NCBI GenBank assembly: GCA_038238245.1
Contig: JBBRXX010000003.1
Coordinates: 21,486-85,485, forward strand
From: Acidimicrobiia bacterium
GTDB taxonomy: Bacteria; Actinomycetota; Acidimicrobiia; IMCC26256; PALSA-610
Length of the DNA: 64,000 nucleotides
Direction of reading: 5' to 3'
Part shown: positions 44,706 to 54,605 of the stretch, piece by piece
Layout of the letters: every line of letters starts with the position of its first letter
Numbering within the stretch: position 1 is the first letter of the stretch
The notes under the pieces: generated by a model
The model's input: only the letters and a program-made list of their open reading frames with translations
Database searches by the model: none
What the model was told of the DNA's origin: nothing
Made by a program: the position numbers and the translations under genes

Positions 44706-46074
44706 AGAGCGCCGGGAGGACGAGCGATCGCTGGCGAACGAGGAGGCCGAAGTTCGCGAAGGCCTGGAAGCTCACCGCATAGAGAAGTGTCAGCGTCCAG
44801 CAGTAGAACAGGAACGGCGAGCTTCGTATCTGGCGCAGTGACAACGCCACCGACGATCTTCGATAGATGATGAACCCCGCGAGCGCGACGCCCTCGAGCG
44901 ACGCGAGGATCTGGAGACCGGTGCTCACCTCCCAGGGGAAGGGCCGCAACAGCACGGTCATCGCGCCTTGGGGAAGGTGCAGCGGCGACAGCGAGTTGCC
45001 GCCGTTCGTGAATTTCGCGCTGCCCTGCTGGGTGCTCTCGGTCGTCTTGTCGAGCTCGGCCTGCACGGATTCGAGCGACAGAGAGGGCAATCCGAGGGAC
45101 TTCGCACCCTGGCTCACCGTGAACACCACGAGGAAGCCGACAACGATAAGCCCGATCGGCTTGAAGAGTGAGCCGCGATCTTCCGCGGTGCTGCGTCTCG
45201 TTCTTCCTGCCGCGTAGGCCGCCGCCGCGGCGAGCGTGACGAGGGCCAAGAGGTGTGGCCGCACCACCCACATCATCCACGCGCCGGGAAGCGCGACGAT
45301 CAGCCCGCGGATGACCCGGTTGTGCAGGAGATGCGCCGTGCCGAGCGCGGTCGACCCGATCCCGAACTGCATCAGGGCTTCCTTGCCGAGGGAAGAAGGC
45401 CAGAAGGCGATGCTCGGCGCGAACATGACGAGGATGAAGAAGAGGCGCCGGTCGAGGGACGGGAGTGCTTGCTCGGCCGCGCGGTACCAGAGATACGAGC
45501 CGACGAAGGCGATGAGGCCGAACACGAAGTAGCCCGCGACCATGTCGGAACCGAACAGGTAGTACACGACGCCCGTGAACCAACGGACGAAGTTGCTCTT
45601 CCGCAAGTCTGGGAAGTCGGGCGCGATCACGCCCGCCTTGTGCAGCCAGAACCCGGCGAAGCGCTTGCCGTACTTGTCGTACACCGAGGCGTCGCCGGCG
45701 TCACCGAAGGTCCGGTACCGAAGTCCGGACCCGATCAGCTTCACGATCACGCCGCCGACCAGCAGGCGCGGGAGCCACGGTTCGTCCGGGTGCCGCCGGA
45801 AGAGCAAGCGCGCCGCCCCCACGGTCGCTGTCAGACCGATGACCGGCACGAGCACGCGCGACAGGACGGGCTGTGGGAACCAGTGCGCGCTTGCGACGAG
45901 GAACGCGAGCAGGGCCGCGGCGGCGACGACCATCGCGACCCCCGACCCGGAGTCGACCGCGTGCGGGGCCTCCCCCCCGGCCGGCGGCGTGCGCGGATCC
46001 TCGACGGGCATCGCCTTCGGGTCGGCAACCGGCCCGGGCACGCGCGCCTGAGACCCGCCGGGCCGGCGATACAT
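44605..46074 (-). CDS. Polytopic membrane protein, O-antigen ligase/polymerase-like (putative)
   Basis: About 10 predicted TM helices and a periplasmic loop; start uncertain (ATG 46074 or 46011). Confidence 0.5.
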   Translation of the reverse strand: MYRRPGGSQARVPGPVADPKAMPVEDPRTPPAGGEAPHAVDSGSGVAMVVAAAALLAFLVASAHWFPQPVLSRVLVPVIGLTATVGAARLLFRRHPDEPWLPRLLVGGVIVKLIGSGLRYRTFGDAGDASVYDKYGKRFAGFWLHKAGVIAPDFPDLRKSNFVRWFTGVVYYLFGSDMVAGYFVFGLIAFVGSYLWYRAAEQALPSLDRRLFFILVMFAPSIAFWPSSLGKEALMQFGIGSTALGTAHLLHNRVIRGLIVALPGAWMMWVVRPHLLALVTLAAAAAYAAGRTRRSTAEDRGSLFKPIGLIVVGFLVVFTVSQGAKSLGLPSLSLESVQAELDKTTESTQQGSAKFTNGGNSLSPLHLPQGAMTVLLRPFPWEVSTGLQILASLEGVALAGFIIYRRSSVALSLRQIRSSPFLFYCWTLTLLYAVSFQAFANFGLLVRQRSLVLPALYVLLCLDTSRARPSPEMPVLSTPQTLGAGGRGA

Positions 46075-46171
46075 CCACCAAGGCGCGCCCGGGCGGCTGC
46101 GGTCGACCGAACCGCTCGGTACCAGGTCCGGAGACGCGGGCAGCGAGCCGTCCTCGCCCACGCTCACCGGT

Positions 46172-47719
46172 TCACGATCCGTTCGAGCTCGCCCCGACCA
46201 TGACCACGCCGAACGACGATACGCCCGCGAGCTCGAGCCGGGCGGTCGCGGCGCGCGCGTCGGCACGAGTGATCTCACCCGGCGAGATCGCCCACATCAC
46301 CGAACGCGTCGCCCAGGCGATGATCGTCGCGTCGGCAGCCTCGAGGAACGGTGGACCCGCGATGACCGTCACGTCGACACCCATCTCGGAGATTGCTTCG
46401 AGCAACGGCGGGAGGCCGTCGATCGGGAGCTGCGCCATCGGGCCCGCCGCAGGCGGAACGACGACGAGGTTCGGCGTCCTGTTGTCCGACGATTGGAGCT
46501 CGGCGATCAGTTCGCCGTTGAGCGTGCCGCTGTGCGCGCGCGTGAGGAGCTCGGGAAGGGTGGTCTGGCCGTCGGGCGGCCTGGAGAACGACTTCAGATA
46601 CCAATTCTGATGCGACGACGTCGCGATCAGCGCGACCTTGACCCCGAGACTCGAGAGCGCAACCGCGAAGTTGGCGGCGACCTCCTCATAGGCGCCGCCG
46701 GTCGGGGCGCTCACCATGATCGCCGTCGGCAGACGATCGGTCGCGATCGACAGCGCTGCGAGCCCTCGATATGCCTCGCCGATTGCCGAATGCGGCGAGG
46801 CAACCTCCCTCGAGATCCACGGAATCACCGAGAGGACGGGCGCCGAGAACGCCGCCGCGGCCTGTTCGGGATACCGGATCGTGCGATCGGAGAAATCGAC
46901 GAGCACCGCGGCCGCGAGCGCAACGAGGAGTCCGACGAGCAGCGCGATGAGGGCCGGGTTCCTCGCCGACTCGGCATTCGACAGGCGTGCGGCCGGAGTC
47001 TGGCCGAGGATCTGGCCGAACACGTTGGGCGTCCCGGCAAGCGCCTCGACCTGTGCGCGCTTCTGGCCGGTCTCGGTGAGCTGCGCGATCAGGTTGATCC
47101 GCTCGTAGGCCTTGTTGACCAGGTAGACCGACACCTTCGAGGTCTCGGGGATCGGCGGCGGCGGTGGTCCATGATCCCCGCTGGCGCTCCCCCCGTTGGT
47201 CTGTCCGAACTGCTGGTCGAAGTTCAAGGCGTTGCCGTATTGCTTGGGCAGCAACTTGGCAAGGTGCATGTCGACTTCGACGAGCGCGTTGTGCAGGTCG
47301 GTCGCGCGGTGGAACAACGCCGTCTGCTTCCGCTGGACGGCCTTTGCGGCATCCTGTTTGCGGGCGACGATGAATTGGTTCGCCCAGTTCTTGGCGACCG
47401 ACGTTGCTTCGACACGTGTCGGCGCGCTCACCTGGAGCGTGAGAAAGTCGGCGGCCTTGCTCACGTTCGCGCGGAAGCCGATCCTCGGAGCTTCGTCGGA
47501 CGCAATACTCGACGCGGTCAGCGCGGCCTGCTCGTTGGCGGGGAGCAGCGCGAGCTTGCTCGCCGGGGAGAGGATCACCGCAGGCGCGGTCGTCGAGGGG
47601 GTCTTCTTCGGGTCCTTGCTCGTCGGCGGCGTCGGTGCGATGCGTATCGTCACCGCGGTGACATAACGCACTGGATGGTTCTGGGTCCGTCGATTGAACA
47701 CGAAGACGCCCACGCCCAC
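46172..47719 (-). CDS. Polysaccharide chain-length determinant / Wzc-like protein with degenerate C-terminal P-loop domain
   Basis: Two TM segments flank a large extracytoplasmic region; C-terminal VSAPTGGAYEE resembles a degenerate Walker A. Confidence 0.6.
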   Translation of the reverse strand: MGVGVFVFNRRTQNHPVRYVTAVTIRIAPTPPTSKDPKKTPSTTAPAVILSPASKLALLPANEQAALTASSIASDEAPRIGFRANVSKAADFLTLQVSAPTRVEATSVAKNWANQFIVARKQDAAKAVQRKQTALFHRATDLHNALVEVDMHLAKLLPKQYGNALNFDQQFGQTNGGSASGDHGPPPPPIPETSKVSVYLVNKAYERINLIAQLTETGQKRAQVEALAGTPNVFGQILGQTPAARLSNAESARNPALIALLVGLLVALAAAVLVDFSDRTIRYPEQAAAAFSAPVLSVIPWISREVASPHSAIGEAYRGLAALSIATDRLPTAIMVSAPTGGAYEEVAANFAVALSSLGVKVALIATSSHQNWYLKSFSRPPDGQTTLPELLTRAHSGTLNGELIAELQSSDNRTPNLVVVPPAAGPMAQLPIDGLPPLLEAISEMGVDVTVIAGPPFLEAADATIIAWATRSVMWAISPGEITRADARAATARLELAGVSSFGVVMVGASSNGS

Positions 47720-47904
47720 ACAGACGAGCAGGAAGACTCCGATGACGATGCGCCATCTGCGCTTGACCGCACGGAAGACGTCTTGAGCGCTCAGCGTTCG
47801 ATCCTTAGCATCGGAATTTGGCCTCCGTACGTGTCTTCAGAATACTACGCACCGTGACGACCGCAGAGAGTGCGGTGCCGACCGCGCGGGATGAGTATCT
47901 GAGG

Positions 47905-49005
47905 GTGTTGTGGCTGATTAAGGGCCTCGGTGTCGGTGGTGCCGAGCAGCTGCTCTTGATGAGTGCCCGGAATCGGGATCGCAGCCGCATCCGCCCGACG
48001 GTGGCATATCTGCTCCGGGTGAAGTCCGATCTGGCCGGAGCCCTCCGTGACGAGGACGTCGAGACACACTGTTTCGACGGCCGCACGTCGTGGAATGTCC
48101 GCTGGCTGTTCGCGCTCAGACGGTTGTTGCAGATCGGTCGCTTCGATGTGATCCACGTCCATTCGCCTCTGATGGCGGTCGGGGCCCGGCTCGTCGTGAA
48201 ATCGCTGCCCGGTAGGGACCGGCCGCGAATCATCGTCACGGAGCACAACGTCTGGAAGAGCCACACTCGCCTTACCCGTTTCTCGGACCGCCTGACCGCC
48301 AGTCCTCGAGAGGTCCGCCTGGCCGTCTCGGCAGCGGTGCGCGATTCGATGCCGCCGGCGATCCGGGCACGTGCCCGGGTCGTGCGACAAGGGATCGATA
48401 CTGCCAAAGTGCGCGCCGCCGCTCCGGCCCGGGATGCCATGCGCGAAACGCTCGGTGTGCCGTCGGGCGTCCTTCTCGTGGGGACCGTCGCGAACCTCCG
48501 CGCGACGAAGGGCTATCCCGACCTCATGCGTGCCGCGCGGATGGTCCTCGACGAGCTCGAAGACGTCATGTTCGTCTCGGTCGGGCGCGGACCACTCGAA
48601 TCCGAGCTGCGGGCGATGCACGCACAGCTCGAGCTCGGCGATCGGTTCCAGCTCCTCGGTCACCGCCCCGACGGCGTGCGAGTGATGTCTGCGTTCGACA
48701 TCTTCTGTCTTCCGTCACATTACGAAGGCCTCCCTCTCGCGCTGATGGAAGCGCTGGCGTTGGGGTTGCCGGTCGTGGCAACCCGCGTCGGCGGTCTCGC
48801 CGAGCTCGTCACGGACGGCCGGGACGCGGTGCTGGTCCCGCCGCGCGATCCCGAACAACTCGCCGCGGCATTGCTCGCGCTCTTGCGCGATCCGCGCCGT
48901 CGCGCCGAGATGTCGCGTTGCGCCTTGCAAACCGCAGAGACACTGAACATCGAGCACACCGTGCGCGAGGTCGAAGCCGTCTACCGCGAGGTGATGGGTT
49001 CGTGA
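47905..49005 (+). CDS. Glycosyltransferase family 4
   Basis: N-terminal VLWLIKGLGVGGAEQ and C-terminal FCLPSHYEGLPLALMEALALGLPVVAT. GTG 47905 preferred over ATG 47818 because of rare codons in between. Confidence 0.75.
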   Translation: MLWLIKGLGVGGAEQLLLMSARNRDRSRIRPTVAYLLRVKSDLAGALRDEDVETHCFDGRTSWNVRWLFALRRLLQIGRFDVIHVHSPLMAVGARLVVKSLPGRDRPRIIVTEHNVWKSHTRLTRFSDRLTASPREVRLAVSAAVRDSMPPAIRARARVVRQGIDTAKVRAAAPARDAMRETLGVPSGVLLVGTVANLRATKGYPDLMRAARMVLDELEDVMFVSVGRGPLESELRAMHAQLELGDRFQLLGHRPDGVRVMSAFDIFCLPSHYEGLPLALMEALALGLPVVATRVGGLAELVTDGRDAVLVPPRDPEQLAAALLALLRDPRRRAEMSRCALQTAETLNIEHTVREVEAVYREVMGS

Positions 49006-49988
49006 GCGACGTCGAGGCAGTCGACGTGCGTCGTGCCGTCGCCGACGACCGCGCCGCGGTCCTCGACCTGCTCGCGCTCTCGCTCGGCTGGGAACGTGGC
49101 CCTGAGTTCCGCGACTTCTTCGCGTGGAAGCACGAACAAAATCCCTTCGGGCAGTCGCCGGGATGGGTCGCGGTCGTCGAGGGACGCGTCGTCGGGTTCC
49201 GGACGTTCCTGCGATGGGAGTTCGAGCACCCCGATGGACGACTGCGCCGCGCGGTGCGCGCCGTCGACACTGCGACCGCGCCCGATCAACAGGGTCGCGG
49301 CATCTTTCGCCGGCTCACCCTGGCCGCGATCGACGACCTTCGACGAGAAGGCGTCGACTTCGTGTTCAACACGCCGAACACCAAGAGCCGCCCCGGATAT
49401 CTGAAGATGGGCTGGACGCAGATCGGCCGCCTTCCCGCGGCGGCGCGTGTCATGGGCCCGGGCGGTGCCCGCCGAATGCTGGCGTCGAGGGTCCCGGCCG
49501 AGCGGTGGTCGCTGCCGGTCGCGGCGGGGGTGCCGGCGACCGAGCTCTTTGCGGACGCGCGCGTCGAGACCTTGTTGGCCCACGTCCGTCACGCCCCTGG
49601 ATTGCGCACGGCGCGCACCACCGCCTACCTGCGCTGGCGCTACGGGCACCCGCCGCTCGGCTATCGCGCGATCGCGGCCGGCGGCGACCCGGCATCGGGA
49701 CTCGTCGTCTTCCGGGTTCGCCGCCGCGGCAAGGCGACCGAAGTTGCCGTGTCCGACGTCCTCGTGCCCGACGGCGCGGCGAGCACCAGGGTCAGACTGC
49801 TGCGCGAGGTCGCCCGCGCTACCGCCGCCGACTACGCGATCATCGTGGGTACGTCTTCGTTGCGCGCCCGGTACGTTCCGATCCCCCGCCAAGGTCCGAT
49901 CCTCACCTGGCGTCCCCTCGCCGATCCGTCACCGCCTCCGCATTTGCACAGCCTCGATCTCTCGCTCGGCGACGTGGAACTGTTTTGA
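49002..49988 (+). CDS. GNAT-fold acetyltransferase family protein
   Basis: GTG 49002 overlaps upstream stop (GTGA); VRAVDTATAPDQQGRGIFRRL acetyl-CoA binding-like segment. Confidence 0.6.
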   Translation: MSDVEAVDVRRAVADDRAAVLDLLALSLGWERGPEFRDFFAWKHEQNPFGQSPGWVAVVEGRVVGFRTFLRWEFEHPDGRLRRAVRAVDTATAPDQQGRGIFRRLTLAAIDDLRREGVDFVFNTPNTKSRPGYLKMGWTQIGRLPAAARVMGPGGARRMLASRVPAERWSLPVAAGVPATELFADARVETLLAHVRHAPGLRTARTTAYLRWRYGHPPLGYRAIAAGGDPASGLVVFRVRRRGKATEVAVSDVLVPDGAASTRVRLLREVARATAADYAIIVGTSSLRARYVPIPRQGPILTWRPLADPSPPPHLHSLDLSLGDVELF

Positions 49989-50086
49989 TCCCGCGTCCAA
50001 GTGTGTGGCCGCGCGCGTTGGCGCGTCGCCTGCGCGCCGCGCTCGTGACGCGCGGCTCACACCGCGGGACCCGCGCCGCGGCCACG

Positions 50087-51760
50087 ATGGCCCGCCACGC
50101 TCTGCAGACGGCGGCACTGCGCGTGCGCGGCGCGGCGTCGTACTTCGGTGCGAAGAAACGGTGGACGCAGCTCGTCGAACGGGTCGCTGCGTTGCCCCCG
50201 CCGCCGGAGCAGGACGTTCGTGTCGAGATCGTCGACCCCCGCCATGCACGAGGCGCCGAGGGGACTCAGCGCGAGCTTGTGTGCTTCGTCTTGCCGTCGA
50301 CCGAACCACTTTCGTCGGAGTGGGTGGCGCGGCTCGCCGCGGAAGTGGACGGCCGGACCGTTGCCGCAGCACCGCAGGTGGTGCACCCGCGCCGCGCACT
50401 CATCCGGGCGACTCCCCACGACGCGCGCATTCGCCAACTCGGCTTCGATCTCGCTGTCGACGATGACGCGCCGGGAGTCGTCGCGCGGGCCGCGGGTCGC
50501 ACGGCCGCAATCGGCCGCGTCCCCCTGAGCGTTTCGGGCGCTTCGGCCGCGGGTCTGGTCGTCGACCGCCGGGCGCTGGAGGCCGTGGGTGGGCTCCCCA
50601 TGTTCGAGGACGCGGACCTGGCAGTGTTCGAGCTGTGCCGGAGGCTCCGGGCGCGGGGCGGCCGGATCGTCGCAGTGCCTGACGCGGTCGTGGTCGACCA
50701 ACGGCCTGTGCGGTCGACGCCTGCGCTCACTCGGCCGCTGGCGACCAACGCCGAGGGGTGGCGCACCTACGTCGAACGACACGGACCCGCGCTCATGCGC
50801 GACGCCGCGCCGCTCCCCGGCGGCAGGTTGCGCATCGCCCTCACGATCGCCGCGCCGTCCGAGAAGGTGGCGCCGCGGTGGGGTGACTGGCACCTCGCGC
50901 AGGGGTTCGCGCGTGCGTTGCGCGAGCTCGGCCATGTCGTGCGCGTGCAGACGTTCGATCACGCAGACGACCTCGCGACGCGCGCCAGCGACGTCCATTG
51001 CGTGCTCCGCGGTCTTCGCGCGGTCCGCAGGTCACCGGGACAGGCGCACGTGCTCTGGATCATCAGCCACCCCGACAGCATCGATGCGGCGGAGTGCGAC
51101 GAGGCCGACCTCGTACTGGTCGCATCGCAGCGCTTCGCCGACGAGCTGGGGCGCCGGACGCGTACGCCTGTCGAGGTCATGTTGCAGGCCACCGACGCGA
51201 CGCGTTTCCACCCGATGCCGGGCGACCCGCGGCACGCGCACGATGTCGCGGTCGTCGCGAAGAGCCGCGACGTGTATCGAACCGCGGTGGCCGACGCGAT
51301 CTCGGTCGGGCTCCGGCCGGCGATCTACGGCAGCGGTTGGGAAACGCTGGTCGACCGCACCCTCATTGCGAGCGAGTACGTGGCAAACGAGGAGCTCCCG
51401 GTCGTCTACTCGTCCATCGGTGTCCTCTTGAACGACCACTGGCGCGACATGCAAGAGCACGGCTTCGTCTCCAACCGGCTGTTCGACGCGCTCGCGTGCG
51501 GCACGCCGGTGATCTCGGACGACGTGCCGGAGATCGCCGAGATCTTCGGGGATGTCGTCGACACGTATCACGATCCCGCGGAGCTCCGCGCGCTCGTCGA
51601 GGCGACGCTTGCGGATCGCGTCGTCGCCCGGGAGCGTGCCGCGCGCGGCGGCGAGCTCGTGCGACAGCACCACACGTTCGACCAGCGCGCGGCACAGTTC
51701 GCCGGCACGCTGAAGCGGCACGGACTCGATCGGAACGGTCTGACGCGCTCGATGCCGTGA
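50087..51760 (+). CDS. Multidomain glycosyltransferase (GT2-like N-terminal region + CgeB/GT1-like C-terminal domain)
   Basis: FEDADLAVFELCRRLRARGGRIVAVPDAVVVD (GT2-like C-terminal half), then HVLWIISHPDSID...VAVVAKSRDVYR...GSGWE (CgeB-like). Start ATG 50087; upstream part of track ORF 49124 is a spurious Arg-rich extension. Confidence 0.6.
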   Translation: MARHALQTAALRVRGAASYFGAKKRWTQLVERVAALPPPPEQDVRVEIVDPRHARGAEGTQRELVCFVLPSTEPLSSEWVARLAAEVDGRTVAAAPQVVHPRRALIRATPHDARIRQLGFDLAVDDDAPGVVARAAGRTAAIGRVPLSVSGASAAGLVVDRRALEAVGGLPMFEDADLAVFELCRRLRARGGRIVAVPDAVVVDQRPVRSTPALTRPLATNAEGWRTYVERHGPALMRDAAPLPGGRLRIALTIAAPSEKVAPRWGDWHLAQGFARALRELGHVVRVQTFDHADDLATRASDVHCVLRGLRAVRRSPGQAHVLWIISHPDSIDAAECDEADLVLVASQRFADELGRRTRTPVEVMLQATDATRFHPMPGDPRHAHDVAVVAKSRDVYRTAVADAISVGLRPAIYGSGWETLVDRTLIASEYVANEELPVVYSSIGVLLNDHWRDMQEHGFVSNRLFDALACGTPVISDDVPEIAEIFGDVVDTYHDPAELRALVEATLADRVVARERAARGGELVRQHHTFDQRAAQFAGTLKRHGLDRNGLTRSMP

Positions 51761-51770
51761 CGTCCGGGGA

Positions 51771-52586
51771 TCAGCCGGCCGTCCCGGCGGCTGCGACCGG
51801 CTCGCCATGGGGGTTCCATCGAGACAAGTCGATGGCGAACATGTCCTCGAGCCGCGCGACGTCGCGCCGGAAGTACTCCCACATCTCGAGGCGATCGTCT
51901 TCCGACAATTCGTAGCGGTGGAGCGCCGTTCCTCTGCGATTGCTGAAGACGACTCTGGAGATACGGCCGGGGACGAACCCGGGCTCGGCACCGACGTGGC
52001 GGAGCGCGGCCTCGTATACGCCGGCCGGATCGTCACTCACGTCGTCGTGCAGCAGCACGAGCAGCTGGTCGCCGAAGTGCTTGACGAACGGCGCGAGACT
52101 CCTGGCGTACCAGCCGCCGGAGACGAGACAGAACCAGTCTTTCTCGGGCGGTCGGCGCGCGCGCACCAGATCGACGAGCCGCAGGCCGGGCACGATCCGC
52201 CCCCGGCGGACGTGATGCAGCATCGCCGAGTTGGCGCGGTCGATGGGGTTGCGCAGGATGGCGATCAGGCGGGCGTCCGGTAGCCCGTCGGCCAATCGGC
52301 GCGCGACCCGGCGGGGATCGTGGCGCCAGATCATGTAACCGGGCGTTGCCTCGCCGACGATCGGCTGGCCCTTCCAACCCGCGAACTGCTCCCGGTAGCT
52401 CTCCAGGCCCTTGTTCTTCACCTTCCATCTCGCGTTCCAGAAATGGAGCTCGGAGCGCGCCGTGAAGATCTGCGGGTGTTGCCCGAGATTGATCCGCAAC
52501 CAGCGCGTTGCGCTCTTCTGGGCGCCGATGATCACGAACGTCGGCAGCGGGTTCTGGGTCATGGAGCCGATCGATTCCAGCAGCAC
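51771..52586 (-). CDS. Carbohydrate sulfotransferase (Sulfotransfer_1 family)
   Basis: 5'-PSB loop FVIIGAQKSATRWL and 3'-PB motif ILRNPIDRANS; start GTG 52586 or ATG 52562. Confidence 0.75.
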   Translation of the reverse strand: MLLESIGSMTQNPLPTFVIIGAQKSATRWLRINLGQHPQIFTARSELHFWNARWKVKNKGLESYREQFAGWKGQPIVGEATPGYMIWRHDPRRVARRLADGLPDARLIAILRNPIDRANSAMLHHVRRGRIVPGLRLVDLVRARRPPEKDWFCLVSGGWYARSLAPFVKHFGDQLLVLLHDDVSDDPAGVYEAALRHVGAEPGFVPGRISRVVFSNRRGTALHRYELSEDDRLEMWEYFRRDVARLEDMFAIDLSRWNPHGEPVAAAGTAG

Positions 52587-52605
52587 ATTCGCGGTCCTGC
52601 GGGAG

Positions 52606-53676
52606 CTAGCGGTGTCGTATGCGAGATGCGCGTCGCGACGTCCATCGCTTCGCGCGCTGCACGAATTCTGTCAGACCGGCGGGCGCCTGCTGATCGGGGC
52701 CCTTGCGAGCGGGCTCGGGGGCCGACGCGGCCCCCGGCTCCGACGCGAGCCGCACGGGGTTCTCGAGACCCCGGGCGCCGTTCCGCTCCACCACTTTCTC
52801 GGTGGTGCGAGCGACCGTCTGCCAGTTGCCGTTCTGGCGCATACGCAGCCTTGCCGTCCGTGACTTGTAGTCGGCTGCGGTCGTGTAGTGCACGACGAAG
52901 CTCTTGCGGGTGCGCTCCGGGTCCTTGATCACTTCGCCGCCGTGCACGAGTCCGCCGTGCCAGAGAAAGGCGTCACCGCGCTTGCAGGTGAACGGGCGCG
53001 CCTCGAGGCCCTTCTCCCGCATGATGCCTTGCAGCCAGATCGCGAACTCGGTGCGCTTCTCCTTCGGCACAGCCTCCTTGCACGCAATCGTTCCCGCCTC
53101 GAACTCGTACCAGGGCAGGCGATGGGAGCCCGGTGCGTAGAGGAGTGGTCCGCTGTCCGGGGTGATGTCCTCGAGTGCGATCCATGCCGCGCACATGTTC
53201 AACGGCGGGTGTGTCGCCACGAACATGGGATCCCGATGGAGTCCCTGCGACGAGCCGTATTCGAAGTAGAGCGACTGGAACGCAAGCGCGGGCGCGTCGA
53301 AGATCAACTCGACCATGCGGAACAGCGTCGGCTGCAGGTAGAGATCCAACGCGTGGGCCGAATGGCTGTGCAGATCGGGGATGCGGTAGCCGCGTGCCCG
53401 CACCGGACCGTCGTAGTCGGGGAACGACATGGGTCGATCGAATGCGGGCGAGACGGCCAGGTCCTTCGGCCGCCGCTCCCAGAGCCCGGTGATTTCGCCG
53501 TCCATCGCGGCGCAGAACTCTTCATCGAGACCGAGCGAGACCGTCATGTAACCGTCGTCGACGTAGCCGTGCAGCTTTTCGGCTTCCGTTGCGGAGAGCG
53601 CGCCCGCGGCCCGTCGTTCTTCTATCCGGTCGTGCGCATCGGGCTGGTCGAGCCACAAATCGGAGTGCACGTGCAC
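52606..53676 (-). CDS. Phytanoyl-CoA dioxygenase (PhyH) family Fe(II)/2-oxoglutarate-dependent oxygenase
   Basis: HRD iron motif (GLHRDPM), distal His (LWHGGLVHGG) and Arg for 2-oxoglutarate. Confidence 0.8.
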   Translation of the reverse strand: MHVHSDLWLDQPDAHDRIEERRAAGALSATEAEKLHGYVDDGYMTVSLGLDEEFCAAMDGEITGLWERRPKDLAVSPAFDRPMSFPDYDGPVRARGYRIPDLHSHSAHALDLYLQPTLFRMVELIFDAPALAFQSLYFEYGSSQGLHRDPMFVATHPPLNMCAAWIALEDITPDSGPLLYAPGSHRLPWYEFEAGTIACKEAVPKEKRTEFAIWLQGIMREKGLEARPFTCKRGDAFLWHGGLVHGGEVIKDPERTRKSFVVHYTTAADYKSRTARLRMRQNGNWQTVARTTEKVVERNGARGLENPVRLASEPGAASAPEPARKGPDQQAPAGLTEFVQRAKRWTSRRASRIRHR

Positions 53677-53837
53677 GCTTCCCCCCTGGAGTTACGCCAT
53701 ACGCGCCGTCTCCCAGGTTACGGGGCCCGAAACGGGGTTCGCTACTCGCAGTGTGCGCTTCCTCTCGCCGGCACACGCGCCGGGACGGCCCGCGACGAGT
53801 TGCGCGTTCGGCGCTCGGGAGCCATTGTCAGCCACTC

Positions 53838-54533
53838 GTGAAGGCTCCGAGCAGGCGCATCCTCGTCACGGGTTCCAACCGTGGCATCGGGCTGGAGTTT
53901 GTTCGCCAGTACCTGGCGTGCGGAGACGAAGTCATCGCGACCTGCCGGGATCCGGCGCGCGCCGACGAGCTGCGCGCGCTCGACGGCGATCTGCGTCTCG
54001 CAAAGCTGGATATCTCCTCGGAAGCCGATCTCGACGCACTGACGGCAGAGCTCGAAGGCCTCGCGATCGATCTTCTCATCTGCAACGGTGCAGTCTTCGG
54101 CGGTCCTCGGTCACGGCTCGACAACCTCGACGTGGGCGCGTGGCGAGCGGCCCTCGAGGTGAACCTCCTCGGCACGATTCGCGGGGCAATGCGCCTTTCG
54201 AAGAACGTCGCCGAGAGCAACGAGCGGAAGATCTTGGTGCTCTCCAGTCGCGCCGGCTTGCCACGCGAGGCTCGACCCCACATGTCGTACATCTACGCGT
54301 CCAGCAAGGCGGCCCTCAACGCCGCGGTCCGATGCCTCGCGCTCGACCTGCGCGAGCAGGGCGTGTTGGTCGCCCTGCTCAACCCCGGACACGTGAAGAC
54401 GGGCATCGGAGGCCCGGGCGCGCCGATGCGCACCGACGAGAGCGTGTCGATGATGCGTGACGTGATCGCGAACCTCGCGATCGAGCACACAGGTCGGTTC
54501 TGGCACTTCGACGGGACCGAGCTGCGACTCTGA
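53838..54533 (+). CDS. SDR family oxidoreductase (C-factor/CsgA-like short form)
   Basis: RILVTGSNRGIGLEF, catalytic YIYASSKAA; GTG 53838. Confidence 0.75.
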   Translation: MKAPSRRILVTGSNRGIGLEFVRQYLACGDEVIATCRDPARADELRALDGDLRLAKLDISSEADLDALTAELEGLAIDLLICNGAVFGGPRSRLDNLDVGAWRAALEVNLLGTIRGAMRLSKNVAESNERKILVLSSRAGLPREARPHMSYIYASSKAALNAAVRCLALDLREQGVLVALLNPGHVKTGIGGPGAPMRTDESVSMMRDVIANLAIEHTGRFWHFDGTELRL

Positions 54534-54605
54534 CGACATCTGCGCGCGACATCCGCACGGGTGCGGGCCGAGTACCGTGCGGCCATGTCGAGTCCCCGGC
54601 GCGGC

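Noticed and set aside
47720-47904. Short perfect palindromes AAGACGTCTT and GAGCGCTC in the divergent Wzz/GT4 promoter
   Set aside because: 8-10-bp GC-rich palindromes occur by chance frequently at this GC content; noted but not called as operators.
49124-50086. N-terminal 320 codons of track ORF 49124..51760 (MEARTKSLRAVAGMGRGRRGTRRR...)
   Set aside because: Extremely Arg-rich and fully overlaps the GNAT-like gene in another frame; the glycosyltransferase most likely starts at ATG 50087 (TTG 49985 possible).
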